Assembly (NCBI GenBank): GCA_963820825.1
Contig: CAWGBN010000007.1
Coordinates: 1 to 64,000, forward strand
Length of the DNA: 64,000 nt
DNA from: Vulcanimicrobiota bacterium
GTDB lineage: Bacteria; Vulcanimicrobiota; Vulcanimicrobiia; Vulcanimicrobiales; Vulcanimicrobiaceae
Direction: 5' to 3'
Shown: positions 18,838-29,200 of the stretch, piece by piece
Layout of the letters: each line of letters starts with the position of its first letter
Position numbering within the stretch: position 1 is the stretch's first letter
The notes under the pieces: generated by a model
What the model saw: the letters and a program-made list of their open reading frames with translations, nothing else
The model's database searches: none
What the model was told of the DNA's origin: nothing
Program-made: the position numbers and the translations under genes

Positions 18838-19098
18838 TTAGGCCTCCAGATCGTGCCAGGTCGAGGCGTTGACGGCAACGCCATAGTAGGCCGCAGCGGC
18901 CTTGATGTTGGCGAAGGCCTGTGCCCGCTCTTCCTCGGTAACGCCGCCAACCTGCCCGAAGCGCGCGACGGCGCTGCGGACGTGAGCCGCGTCGGTTAGG
19001 GGCTCCTTACGCTCCTTTGGAAAGGCGAAGGCGCTCTCGGGCAGTGCGGAACGCGCAGGAGAGTCGGGCTCGCGCACGGGCTTCCATGTGACGTGCAT
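18838..19098 (-). CDS. Small DUF6582-like protein (paralog of 49958..50350)
   Basis: FAFPKERKEPLTDA.HVR.AVARF.QV shared with 49958..50350. Confidence 0.8.
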   Translation of the reverse strand: MHVTWKPVREPDSPARSALPESAFAFPKERKEPLTDAAHVRSAVARFGQVGGVTEEERAQAFANIKAAAAYYGVAVNASTWHDLEA

Positions 19099-19235
19099 CT
19101 CGCAATGGTAGCAGAACGCGTTTACCGCGTTGTTGCCGTGGCCTTACTGCAATGGCGGCATTCTGGCCGGGACTGGCTTCGGCGATGCCGAATCCACCCG
19201 GGCGCTGAAGCCTTCTTGCAGCAGGGAGCAGAGCC

Positions 19236-20618
19236 ACGAAGACGTCGACTATCGGCTACGCGCTTAGCATTGGCACCATCGCGCTCATCACCGGCTGCGG
19301 CGGATCGCAGCTGCCGATTCGCGCGCCGGCCGCGATACGGCAGATCCAGCCTAGGCCGCTGACGTCGCCTATTAGACATATCGTCCTCATCGTGCAGGAG
19401 AATCGAAGCTTCGACGATCTCTTCGCAGCGTTTCCAGGTGCCGACGGCGCGACGCAGGGCTTGATGAAGACGCCGCACGGCGACGTCTACGTGCCGCTCA
19501 AGAAGGTAAATCTCGGCACGCAATGCGATCCGGGACATGGTTATTCAGGCTTTCAACAGAGCCTCGACGGCGGCAAGATGGACGGGTTTGCGCTGAGCGG
19601 AAACAAGTGCGGAGGCCATCACACGCAGCCGTACCAATACGTTGATCCGCAGCAGATTGGGCCATACTGGACAATGGCGTCGCAATACGTGCTCGGCGAT
19701 CACATGTTTCAGACGCAAGGCAGCGGCAGCTTTACCGCCCATCAAGATTTAATTGCCGGCGCGACAATCTTGGACCGGGAGAGAACCACCAGTCTGGTAG
19801 ACTTTCCCACGCACTCACCGTGGGGATGTGACGCACCCAAAGGCACCTTGACGCCGGAATTGGTTTGGACGGGCTCGGGGATCACCCGTAAAGAAGGGCC
19901 GTTTCCATGCGTCGGCTACGAAACGCTGCGCGATCTGCTCGACGCTGCGCATGTGACGTGGAAATATTACTCTCCCCGGATGCATGGTCCTCATGCCGAG
20001 GGCCCGCTCTGGAATGCATTCGACGCGATCGACGCCGTGCGCCACAGCAAAGAATGGGGCAGCAACGTGACGTTTCCGAACACCCTGATCTTTGAGGACA
20101 TCTCGAAGAATCGGCTGCCGGCCGTCTCGTGGGTAATTCCGGATCGTGAGGAGTCGGACCACCCCCAGTCGCCATTTGGCGACGACGGGCCGTCGTGGGT
20201 GGCAAGCATCGTCAACGCGATCGGGACGACGCAGTATTGGAATAACACCGCGATCGTCGTCGTATGGGACGACTGGGGCGGCTTCTACGATCACGTGGCG
20301 CCGCCCCTGACCGATCGCTGGGGCGGGCTCGGATTTCGCGTTCCGATGATCGTCGTCTCAGCTTACGCACGCGAACGCCACAAAGGGCAACCCGGCTACA
20401 TCTCCCATACGAATTACGAGTTCGGCAGCATCCTGAAGTTCATCGAGCAGACGTTCGATCTGGGCACGCTTGACACGACGGACAGACGCGCCACCAGCAT
20501 CAAGGACTGCTTCAATCTCACGCGGTCGCCGCGAACGTTCACAAGGATCCCATCGAGCCATACCCTGGGGTATTTTCTGCACAAGCCTTCGTCTGGGCTA
20601 CCGGTCGACACCGAATAA
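19236..20618 (+). CDS. Phosphoesterase/phospholipase C family lipoprotein (apparent ACG start)
   Basis: [28 protein letters not shown] motifs; reading frame extends 5' through lipobox ITGC to ACG at 19236, 7 nt after GGAG. Confidence 0.85.
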   Translation, partial: TKTSTIGYALSIGTIALITGCGGSQLPIRAPAAIRQIQPRPLTSPIRHIVLIVQENRSFDDLFAAFPGADGATQGLMKTPHGDVYVPLKKVNLGTQCDPGHGYSGFQQSLDGGKMDGFALSGNKCGGHHTQPYQYVDPQQIGPYWTMASQYVLGDHMFQTQGSGSFTAHQDLIAGATILDRERTTSLVDFPTHSPWGCDAPKGTLTPELVWTGSGITRKEGPFPCVGYETLRDLLDAAHVTWKYYSPRMHGPHAEGPLWNAFDAIDAVRHSKEWGSNVTFPNTLIFEDISKNRLPAVSWVIPDREESDHPQSPFGDDGPSWVASIVNAIGTTQYWNNTAIVVVWDDWGGFYDHVAPPLTDRWGGLGFRVPMIVVSAYARERHKGQPGYISHTNYEFGSILKFIEQTFDLGTLDTTDRRATSIKDCFNLTRSPRTFTRIPSSHTLGYFLHKPSSGLPVDTE

Positions 20619-22286
20619 TCAACCGCCCCCGGGCGTTTGGAGCGCTTTCAATAACTTAGTACGCTTCTCGATCAAGTCGCTCGCGCCGGCAACGAGCGCC
20701 GGCTCATCATCGAGATCGATGCCGAGAAAGCGTCGTTCCAGTGCCGCCGGAGAATCGTTGAATCCATTCTTCAGCAGGGCGACGTACCGCGGTGAAAACC
20801 CCGCGGGGTCGCGTTCGAAATCGCTGATGTACTGGAGCGCCAAAAGCCCGGCGAAGAGATAGTTCACGTCGTAGAGCGGATCGGTAAAGAAGAGCCGGTC
20901 GCGCGCCCAGTAGAGCGCGGTATCGGGATCCTTCGCCAAGCCGGGACCGTAACGAGAGAAGACTTTGAGCGTCAAAGCATTCAGGTCGTCGGCGGTGCGG
21001 ATGGTACCGTCGTCGACGCCGCGATAGATCGCGCTCTCCAGATCGGTCTCCCCCGCCGATCCGAAGACCTGAAACGTTGCGTCGTCGAGAAAGTGAGCGA
21101 GATAGAACGCGCGCTGCGCATCGTTCGGCGCCGTGCGATAGAGGTGGTCGAGCAAGAGCAGCTCGTTGAAGATCGCAAAAGACTCGAACATGAACGAGGG
21201 CCCGCGATTGTAGGCCGCGATCCGCTGATTGCGGCTCATGAACTGGCGGTGCACGGCGTGCCCGGATTCGTGCGCCAGCGCTCGCACCGCGTTGACGCTG
21301 CCGTCGAAACCGCCGTAGAACACCGCCGAATCTATCCCGTAAAACCCGAGCGAGAAGCCCGTCCGATCGCAGGCATCGGCGGTGCAGATCTCCAGACGTC
21401 CGTTCTGCGCGGCTAGCAGCGTGGCATACGCGCCGGCATACTCCGCGCCCATTGGTTGCTCGGCCGCGAGAATCACCGGAATAGCTTCGTCGATAGCCAG
21501 CGGCGCCGGAGAGAACCGCGGCGAGGGTGAAACCGCCGCGACGCGCCGGTAGTCCGCGTACGCCGTCGAAGCCCGCACCGCCGCCAACGCGCGGTCGACG
21601 GACGCCGCGCTAAGCGACTTGTCGAAATACGACGCTTGCGCCGCACCCGCGAATCCGCGCAGCTTCGCGACGCCGTTATTTCCTGCGGCGATCGATATGA
21701 GCAGCGTCGCATAGGCCTGCTGGTTCGCTGGAATCGAATCCGGTAATTTTCGCAGGCGCTTATAGCTCGCCGCCGCGGCGTCGAGCACCGGCGTCACCGC
21801 AAGATCGACCGCTCGCGAATCGGCGCGACTGAGGCGATGCTGAGCGCTTCCCAGAGCATCGGTGAGCAGATAACGGTATGGCGCGAGAGCGGGATCGCGA
21901 ACCAGCGCGGCGATGCGCGCCGGCCCGAGTTCCTTTACCGCCGCAACGACTCGTTCGGTAACGCGATCTTCGAGCTGGCCGAGCTCGTCGTCGGCGCGCG
22001 CGTCGGCCGTATCGCTATCGTTCTCTTCCGCCCGCAAGTACACGTAGATGTCGTGACGCTCGAGACTCGTCAGCAGCGCGTCGTACTCGACGAGCCACGT
22101 TCGCAGCGCTTGGGCAGTACGGGGCGTCGCCGATGCGACGAAACGTTGCGCCGAGGCGGAGAGCGTCGCGCGGCTGGCCGCTTCGGCCGGCGCGCTCGCG
22201 AAGTAGCGCGATTGGTCGATCTGATAGCGGGTGGTCGAGCCGGCGCCGAGCAGGGCCACGGCAACCGCCACGATCGACCGCGTCAC
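20619..22286 (-). CDS. M3 family (oligoendopeptidase F-like) metallopeptidase, secreted
   Basis: LAHESGHAVH (HExxH), ESFA.FNE, Y.VNY motifs; signal peptide. Confidence 0.85.
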   Translation of the reverse strand: MTRSIVAVAVALLGAGSTTRYQIDQSRYFASAPAEAASRATLSASAQRFVASATPRTAQALRTWLVEYDALLTSLERHDIYVYLRAEENDSDTADARADDELGQLEDRVTERVVAAVKELGPARIAALVRDPALAPYRYLLTDALGSAQHRLSRADSRAVDLAVTPVLDAAAASYKRLRKLPDSIPANQQAYATLLISIAAGNNGVAKLRGFAGAAQASYFDKSLSAASVDRALAAVRASTAYADYRRVAAVSPSPRFSPAPLAIDEAIPVILAAEQPMGAEYAGAYATLLAAQNGRLEICTADACDRTGFSLGFYGIDSAVFYGGFDGSVNAVRALAHESGHAVHRQFMSRNQRIAAYNRGPSFMFESFAIFNELLLLDHLYRTAPNDAQRAFYLAHFLDDATFQVFGSAGETDLESAIYRGVDDGTIRTADDLNALTLKVFSRYGPGLAKDPDTALYWARDRLFFTDPLYDVNYLFAGLLALQYISDFERDPAGFSPRYVALLKNGFNDSPAALERRFLGIDLDDEPALVAGASDLIEKRTKLLKALQTPGGG

Positions 22287-22356
22287 GCTGCCCCTCTTTC
22301 GGGATACTCGGCTTATGTCAGCCTCGAATCAAAGCGCCCTGGTTCGCCGCGAGCGC

Positions 22357-22500
22357 TTACGGAACGACGTTGTCGCCGTCGACCGCGCCGGTGGGCTCGA
22401 TGAGCCCGGCGCTTGATCCGAGCGTGACGATGTTGGAGCTGCTCGGATAGTTAAGCACTCGAACGTTGGCGTTAAGCCAGTCCGCAACGTAGAGATCGCA
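22357..22500 (-). pseudogene. Orphan 3' remnant of a beta-propeller lipoprotein gene
   Basis: Reads DLYVADWLNANVRVLNYPSSSNIVTLGSSAGLIEPTGAVDGDNVVP*, aligning with the C-terminus of 40220..41287. Confidence 0.7.
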
Positions 22501-22521
22501 ATGGTCTCCCTCACGGCGAGG

Positions 22522-23565
22522 CTATCGAATCGTCATCGCCGTCGGCGAGTTTAGTCCCGTGCGGCCGCCCTTAATGGTGTTTATCGGAGCGACGTTCCCG
22601 GTTGCGCCGGGAGCGTACTCGGTGATCGAGTCGCCGTAGTAGTTCACGGCGAAGAGGTTGCCGCTCGCGTCGACGGCGAGCGCGTGCGGCGCCTCCAGCT
22701 TCGTCGCCGCGCCCTTGATATACGCCAGGCGCGGAGCGTTTCGGTTCGCTCCGGCGGCGAAGGCGGTGATACTGCCAAAAACGTGCCCGGTGTGGGGATA
22801 CTGGTTTGCCGCAAAAATGTTCCCGCTGGAATCGACGGTGAGGTTGACCGGACTTTCAAGCTTCGTGCGCGGGCCGGCGATGGTGCGGATCGGCCGGACG
22901 TTCCCAGTTGCACCGGCCGCATAGACCGTAATGCTGTCGTTGCTGTCCTGGCTAATATAGAGATTTCCGCTCGGGTCGAAGGCGAGTCCGAAGCCCTGGC
23001 CGGTGATCTTCGTGCGGCTCCCGGCGATCCTTCCGATAGGAGTAACGTTTCCCGTCGAGCCAGGAGCATACATCGTTACGCTATAGTTTCCGTCGTTCAG
23101 CACGTATATGTTGCCGTTGAGTGGATCGATTGCGACGCCGGCGGGTTCGCTCATGCCCGTCGCGTTACCGGAAATGTATTCGATCGGTGCAACGTTGCCG
23201 TTGGCTCCGGGCGCATACACCTCGACCGCACCCGGGTTCGATCCCGTTCCTAAGTAGTCCGCGACGTAAATTTCGCCCTCGGCGTCGACGGCGATGCCGT
23301 ACGGTGCGGCGAGCTGCGTCATTCCGCCGCTGATCACCTGAATCGGTGCGGCGTTGCCGGTCGCCGACGTCGGATACACGGTAACCGACTGGCTGGCATA
23401 GACGGGATTGGTAACGTAAATGCACGGGCATCCGCTGGGACGCCGACCATGGAGGCCGGCACTCGCCGCCTGACCCGGCACCGGCGCCGACGTTCCTCCC
23501 ATGCAGCTCGTGAGGACCAAGAACGCTGTGGCCGTAGCGACTAATGAACCGGTCGGTACTCGCAT
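22522..23565 (-). CDS. NHL-repeat beta-propeller lipoprotein (paralog of 3776..4777)
   Basis: RBS GGAG, start MRVPT, lipobox LTSC, CPCIYV, same repeats and terminus TGLN.P...T.R. Confidence 0.85.
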   Translation of the reverse strand: MRVPTGSLVATATAFLVLTSCMGGTSAPVPGQAASAGLHGRRPSGCPCIYVTNPVYASQSVTVYPTSATGNAAPIQVISGGMTQLAAPYGIAVDAEGEIYVADYLGTGSNPGAVEVYAPGANGNVAPIEYISGNATGMSEPAGVAIDPLNGNIYVLNDGNYSVTMYAPGSTGNVTPIGRIAGSRTKITGQGFGLAFDPSGNLYISQDSNDSITVYAAGATGNVRPIRTIAGPRTKLESPVNLTVDSSGNIFAANQYPHTGHVFGSITAFAAGANRNAPRLAYIKGAATKLEAPHALAVDASGNLFAVNYYGDSITEYAPGATGNVAPINTIKGGRTGLNSPTAMTIR

Positions 23566-23662
23566 GGCGAACTCTCCAATCAGTCGGACGTTTTGCAAGC
23601 AGCATAGCCGCTCGGGTAGGCGAGCGGTAAGACCCCCGTTCGCGCTTCTCCGCAGGGCTCCC

Positions 23663-25213
23663 TCACAAGGAAGCCGCGACGTCGCGGACGATCGCGTGCG
23701 CCGCGCGTTTGCCCGGGAAGCCGCTGACGCAGCCGCCCGGGTGCGCGCCCGAACCGCACAGGTAGAGATTGCGCACCGGCGTCCGGGTCGCAAAGCGGTC
23801 TTCGTAAATTTGCCCCGGAAGCAACTCTCCGTGAAAGATGTGCCCGCCGATCAATCCGAAGCGATCCTCTAAATCCGGCGCTGCGAGCACTTGCCGATGT
23901 TCGATCGCCGCGGGCAGATTCGGCGCGTAACGCGCGAGAATGGCAACGACCTTCTCGGCCGCCGCGTCGCGTTTCGCCGCGCTCCAGCCGTCGGGCCGGT
24001 CGTACGGAAAGTACTGCGCGAAGATCGAGAGGATGTGCTTACCCGGCGGTGCGAGCGACGCGTCCGTCGGCGTCTGCAGGAAACATTCGATCAACGGCTC
24101 TTCGCTCTCACCGCCGGCGACGGCGTCCTCGTACGCCTTCTGCAGGTAATCGATCGATGGCGCGACGTGAATCGTCGCGCGATGGTGCGGCTGCGCGTTC
24201 GTCCCGGGACGGCAGGTAAAATCCGGCAGCTCGCCCAGCGCGAGATTCAGCTTCAGCGACGGCCCGGCCGTCCGCCACGTTCGCACTTTCGCGGCGAACT
24301 CGGAATCGAACAGCGACTCATCGAGCAACTCCAAAAACGTCGTGCGCGGATGTGCGTTCGATGCGACCGCACGCGCCGCAACCGTCGTCCCGTCGTGCAG
24401 CGCGACGCCGCGCGCCGCGCCGTCGTCGCCGACGACGATTCGCGCCACCGCCGCATCGGAAAAGATCTCCGCGCCGTACGCGCGCGCCGCCGACGCGAGC
24501 GCACCGGAGACGGCGCCCATCCCGCCGCGCACGAAGGCCCACGAGCCTTGCGATCCCAGCAGCCGGCCGGCGAGATGATGCGCGAGCACGTATCCGGTTC
24601 CGGCATCGCGCGGCCCGAGGTAGGTGCCGATCAGTCCGTCGTTGGCGAGCTCGGCCTGCAAGACCGGGCTCGAGACGTATCGCTCCACGAGCTCGGCCGC
24701 CGAGCCGCGCAGCAGCTGCTGCGTTTCGGCATCGAAGCGTCCGAACTGCGGATCGTCGTCGGTAAACGAATCGAAGAGCGCGCGTCCTAAGCGGTCGGTC
24801 CGCTCCACGTAATCGGCGAAGCCGGCGACGTCGCGCGGATCGAAGGCCGCGATCTCGCGCGCGTTGCTCTCGCGATCGGTGCCCAGCAGCAACGACCGCC
24901 CATCGAGCAGCGGCGTAAACGCGTACGGATCCTTTCGATAGTACGAAAGGCCGCGCGCGCAGAGCTCGAGCTCGTCGACGAGCACGGGGTCGAGCAGGCT
25001 GCACACGTACGAGGCCGTCGAGAGCGTGTAGCCGGGCCAGATGTTCGCTTCGCTGACGGCCGCACCGCCGATCGCCGCGCGCCGCTCGAAGACGGCCACC
25101 GAGAGCCCGGCCTTCGCCAACAACGCCGCGCAGGCCAAACCATTATGGCCCGCCCCAACGATAACGGCGTCGTAGGAAGACTTAGGCTGCGCGGACGCTT
25201 CTCGGGCGGTCAG
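23663..25213 (-). CDS. FAD-dependent oxidoreductase, phytoene dehydrogenase-like
   Basis: YDAVIVGAGHNGL Rossmann motif; GGMG; LYLCGSGAHPGG.V.G.PG; start uncertain (CTG at 25213 overlapping the upstream TGA). Confidence 0.88.
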   Translation of the reverse strand: MTAREASAQPKSSYDAVIVGAGHNGLACAALLAKAGLSVAVFERRAAIGGAAVSEANIWPGYTLSTASYVCSLLDPVLVDELELCARGLSYYRKDPYAFTPLLDGRSLLLGTDRESNAREIAAFDPRDVAGFADYVERTDRLGRALFDSFTDDDPQFGRFDAETQQLLRGSAAELVERYVSSPVLQAELANDGLIGTYLGPRDAGTGYVLAHHLAGRLLGSQGSWAFVRGGMGAVSGALASAARAYGAEIFSDAAVARIVVGDDGAARGVALHDGTTVAARAVASNAHPRTTFLELLDESLFDSEFAAKVRTWRTAGPSLKLNLALGELPDFTCRPGTNAQPHHRATIHVAPSIDYLQKAYEDAVAGGESEEPLIECFLQTPTDASLAPPGKHILSIFAQYFPYDRPDGWSAAKRDAAAEKVVAILARYAPNLPAAIEHRQVLAAPDLEDRFGLIGGHIFHGELLPGQIYEDRFATRTPVRNLYLCGSGAHPGGCVSGFPGKRAAHAIVRDVAASL

Positions 25214-25530
25214 CGATACGAGGGCCGCGAGGCGAAGCAGTCCCGGCAGTACACCGGTTTGTCGCCGCGCGGATTGAACGGAACCTCGGCCACGCCGCCG
25301 CATTGGCTGCACGTTGCGGTGAACATCTCACGCGGACGTCCGCCGCTGCGTTCACCGCCATTGCCGCCACCGCCGCCGCTCGAGCGCATCTGCTTGCGCG
25401 CCTGGCGGCAATCCGGACAGCGATTCGGCTTGTTCTGAAAACCCTTTTGCTCGTAAAAGCGTTGCTCGCCCGAACTGAAGACAAACTGGCGTCCGCAGTC
25501 CACACAGTTGAGCATTTCATCTACGTACAC
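25210..25530 (-). CDS. Zinc-ribbon protein with CxxC-x17-CxxC domain
   Basis: CVDC..F.F...EQ.FY..KGF.N.P.RC.DC, Gly linker, CSQC..VPF.P...KPVYCRDC; RBS AAGGAG. Confidence 0.9.
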   Translation of the reverse strand: MYVDEMLNCVDCGRQFVFSSGEQRFYEQKGFQNKPNRCPDCRQARKQMRSSGGGGGNGGERSGGRPREMFTATCSQCGGVAEVPFNPRGDKPVYCRDCFASRPSYR

Positions 25531-25702
25531 GAAACGAGAAACTCCTTAGAAGACTCTGCCGACGGTGTGGACTTGTAACCCCGAGCAACCGAGAATCCGA
25601 CCACGTGACGAGAGTAGCAATGTGTGAGCCGATTCTGCGACCTCGGCCGCGCCGGTCCCTGCCTCCCCGGGGCGCTCGTGGCGCGCCCACGAAGGGTGTG
25701 TC

Positions 25703-26230
25703 GTGGCCGAAACGATTCCCGAGGTAATCGTGCCCGCGGGCGACGCGGATTATCTCGAAGTGATGACGCGGGCGGTCTTCCAAGCCGGCGTAAGCTGGAA
25801 GCAGATCGCCGCGCACTGGGACGCCTACCGAGCGGCGTTTGCCTGCTTCGATCCGGCGTATGTCGCCGCGTACGACGACCTCGACATCGAGCGCGTGCTT
25901 GCCACTCCCGGCGTCCTGCGCATGCCGCGTAAGGTGCGCGCGACGATCGTCAACGCCGGCGAACTCTGCGAAGCCGCGCGCGAACACCAGGGGTTCGCAA
26001 ACTACCTGCGGTCGTTCGATTCCTACGAATCGCTCGCGAAGGATCTCAAGCGGCGATTCTCACTCATGGGCGACATGAACGTCTGGTACTTGCTCTTCCG
26101 CACCGGCGAGCCGGTGCCGCCGTTTGAAGCCTGGGTCAAGACGATTCGCGGCGAGCATCCGCGGATGCGCGAGATGGTCGAGCTCGCGCGCCATCAAGGG
26201 CGCTCGCCGGAGTCCCCCGCACAGCCGTAG
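25703..26230 (+). CDS. DNA-3-methyladenine glycosylase I-like protein
   Basis: VFQAGVSW..I, F..FDP..VA.Y, KV.ATI.NA, LK.RF..MG motifs. Confidence 0.8.
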   Translation: MAETIPEVIVPAGDADYLEVMTRAVFQAGVSWKQIAAHWDAYRAAFACFDPAYVAAYDDLDIERVLATPGVLRMPRKVRATIVNAGELCEAAREHQGFANYLRSFDSYESLAKDLKRRFSLMGDMNVWYLLFRTGEPVPPFEAWVKTIRGEHPRMREMVELARHQGRSPESPAQP

Positions 26231-26232
26231 CG

Positions 26233-29200
26233 CTAGGGCATCGGTGTCGACCGAGGCGCCGGCCGGATCAGATAGAGTCCCAAACCCGGCGCGTAGTTGA
26301 GCTCGGGCACGGTCTTGCCGTCGAATCCGCGTTGCGAAAGCTCCTGCGTCGTCGTCGCGGCCATCCGGCCGCAGACCAGCAGCGCGGGAACGACTGTTGC
26401 ATCCCCCGGATCGAGCTCGTACCAGAGGCCGCCTCTCGCTTGATGCTCGGTAACCGTCCAGCTCGGCGTCGCCGCGCCCGTTGCGAAGTGGTTCTTGAGC
26501 TCGGTCAGCGCCTGCGTCGCGAGATTGCGCACTTGCCCGGTGCACGACGCCGAGACGCGCACTTCAAACGGCGTCGGCGGTGGCGTCGCCGGCAGTTTGT
26601 AGACGCGGAACATCTCCTGCCCCGCCGGCGCCTGCCGCGCGACGAAGTAGAGGCCAACGACCGGCATAAAGTTGAGTTGCGGCACGAAGAAGAGCGGCGT
26701 CGTCGAGGCGTAGAGTTTGCGCTGCGTCACATCGTCGCTGCGCGCGATGTGAATCGTGAGACACCCGGCCAGCGCACGCAGCACGCCGGTTCCCTTCGGC
26801 GTAACGGAGATCGAGTAGGTCGTACCCATGCCATGATAGGTGACGGTCGCGTCGGTGAGCGCCGGCGCGAGCATCGTAGCAGGATAACCCGCCGCGGTGC
26901 GTGCCGCTTCGATCTGCGCGACGTACGCCTTGAGCTCGGTGGAAAGCTGATGCGCCTTGGGAGCGTTCTCGCTGCTGCACGCCACCTGATTCGCGCCGAC
27001 CACAAACGGATCGGCCGGCGGCGTCTGCGGCAGCGGCGAGAAGAGCGATTGGAAACCGCGTCCGCCGCCGGGACCACCACCGGGTCCGCCCGGTCCTCCG
27101 GGCGCACCCGCACCGGCGGGGCCCCCGCCGAAGTTGCGCCCGCCGCCGCGCGGCTGGAACGTCGACGCGGTCTGCGACGAGACGCCTTGGCCGAAGCGCG
27201 CGGAATAGGTCACCGAATAGGTGCGCGGCATCAGCGGCCGCGCGATGTTCGGAATCACGTAGCCGCCCGCCGTCGTGAACGCAACCGCATTCGCCGGACT
27301 GGCGAAGACCGCGCCGTACGTGTTGGTGATGTTCGACGCTGCAAAGGTCAGCGTTCCGCGTTGCAGCTGCGCGGTGACGCCGGCATCGAAGGTGGTATAC
27401 GCCGGCAAGTTGTTTGGATTGTTCGAACTGACGTGCTGCGCGTCGGCCAGCCACTCCAAGATCGACCCCGGCGCCTTGTAATCCAAAGTAATGCCGGCGC
27501 GTTGGAGCGGAACGTTCGGAAGCTGCTCGCCCGGAATCGTGATCGAAAACGGATTGTCGAAGATGTACGTACTCGAGTTGGCCTGCGCGCCGGTGAGATT
27601 GTAAAACGCCTGCACGACGAGACTCCCGAACGTCGCGTACCCGGTGAGCTCCGCGCCCTGATAGAGCCGCTGCACGCCCGAGACCGGCGTCGTAAAGTAG
27701 AGCTGCTGCGGCAGAAACGGCGTGCCCGGCGGCGCGTTGCAGCCCGCGGGCGAGTTGTAGATCGCCGCCACCTGCGAGAGGTAATCGGCGGGAAGCTCGC
27801 CGAGCTGGTTGATGATCGAACCGTTGACGTAGACCGGCAGCAAGACGCCGTTCTGCACTTGACGGTAGAGCGTGAGCGAGACGTTTCCCCCGTGCAGCTG
27901 GTGCGTGTAGCTGACGCGTACCGAGTTCGACGAGCTGTTCGAGGGCTGCTGGCCAGGGGCGTTGCCGTACGCCACCTTCCCGTTGCAATCGAACCGCAGC
28001 ATCGTCGGATCGCTGAGAATCTCTAATCGCCCCTGCGTCGCCGCCGCCCCGCCGAGTGCGAACGAGGCGCTGTACGCATCGCGCGTCGTCGGCCGCCAGG
28101 TGCCGCCGACGCTGGCGAGTTCGGAGAGCCCGGTGTTACCGGTTGCGGTGCTCAAACCCGCCGATCCGAAGAGCATCAGCTTGTCGCTCGAGTGGATCGT
28201 GTCGGTAGCTTGCAGCACGTTGTACTGCGTCGTCTCCGAGCCGCTGTAGAACTGCGCGACCTGCGGCACCAGCGGCGTCGTCGTGAACTGCGACGAGGTT
28301 CCGTACGCCTGAATCGAGATCGTATGGCGCTGCTGTGCCGGCAGCGTCGCGTTCACCGCATATCCCGTCGAGCGCGTGTCGTTGGAGAAGCCGCTCGGCG
28401 ACGGCGCGCCGTTCACGTAGAGCGCAAGCTGGTTCAACAGCCCGCTCGAATCGAGCGAAAAGACCGACGCCTGGACTTGCGTCGCCCCGATCAGCGCCGT
28501 GTCGGAGAGCGAGTAGAGCTGCACGTTGGTTGCGTCGCTATTATTGGGCCCGTATCCGCAGGGGAGCGTCGTCGCCGGATCGCCGTTGTACCGCAGGCAG
28601 ACGATGTTCGTGTTCCGGGTCGAGTTCATGAACATTCCGGTCAGCGAATTACTCTCGCCGAAATCGTAACGCGCGGAGAGGATGTTGCCGGAGACCCAGC
28701 TGTCGCCGTCGTGGTTGTAGTCGAGGCCGCTCGCGTCGAGATAGACCTCCCCGTCAACGAGGCTGGGGTAGAGCCGGCTGACGGTTTGCACCGCAAGGCC
28801 TAACTTGCCCGACGATCCCGTCTCCGCGACCGAGTAATTGTAGCGACCGTTGCTGCCCGTCGACAGCTGCATCTGGGTGATCCAGCTCAGCGTCGGTTGC
28901 AGCGTGCTGAAGTTCACCGCGCCGCCGAGCCCGCCCAGTGACGGGCCGGTGTGCACCGAGGCGCCTTGAAAGAGATCGGTCGCGAATGCGCCGAGATTCC
29001 CCGTCGAGCCCGGCGCGTTGAGCGGAATGCCGTCGAGCGTGAGCTGCGTCTGCGACGGGTCGTGGCCCTCTAAGGAAATCGTCTGCGTCGCGTCGCTGTC
29101 GTCGCTCGACGTCGAGACGGTAACGCCGGAGAGTTTGCTCATCGCATCGGCGAGATCGGTCGAGAGGCGTCGCTGCGGCGAGTTTTGATCGATGCTCGTC

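Noticed and set aside
25531..25620. About 75-nt leader of the zinc-ribbon gene as a regulatory RNA
   Set aside because: A plausible -10 (TGcTACTCT) exists, but only weak pairing is visible and no known motif is recognised.
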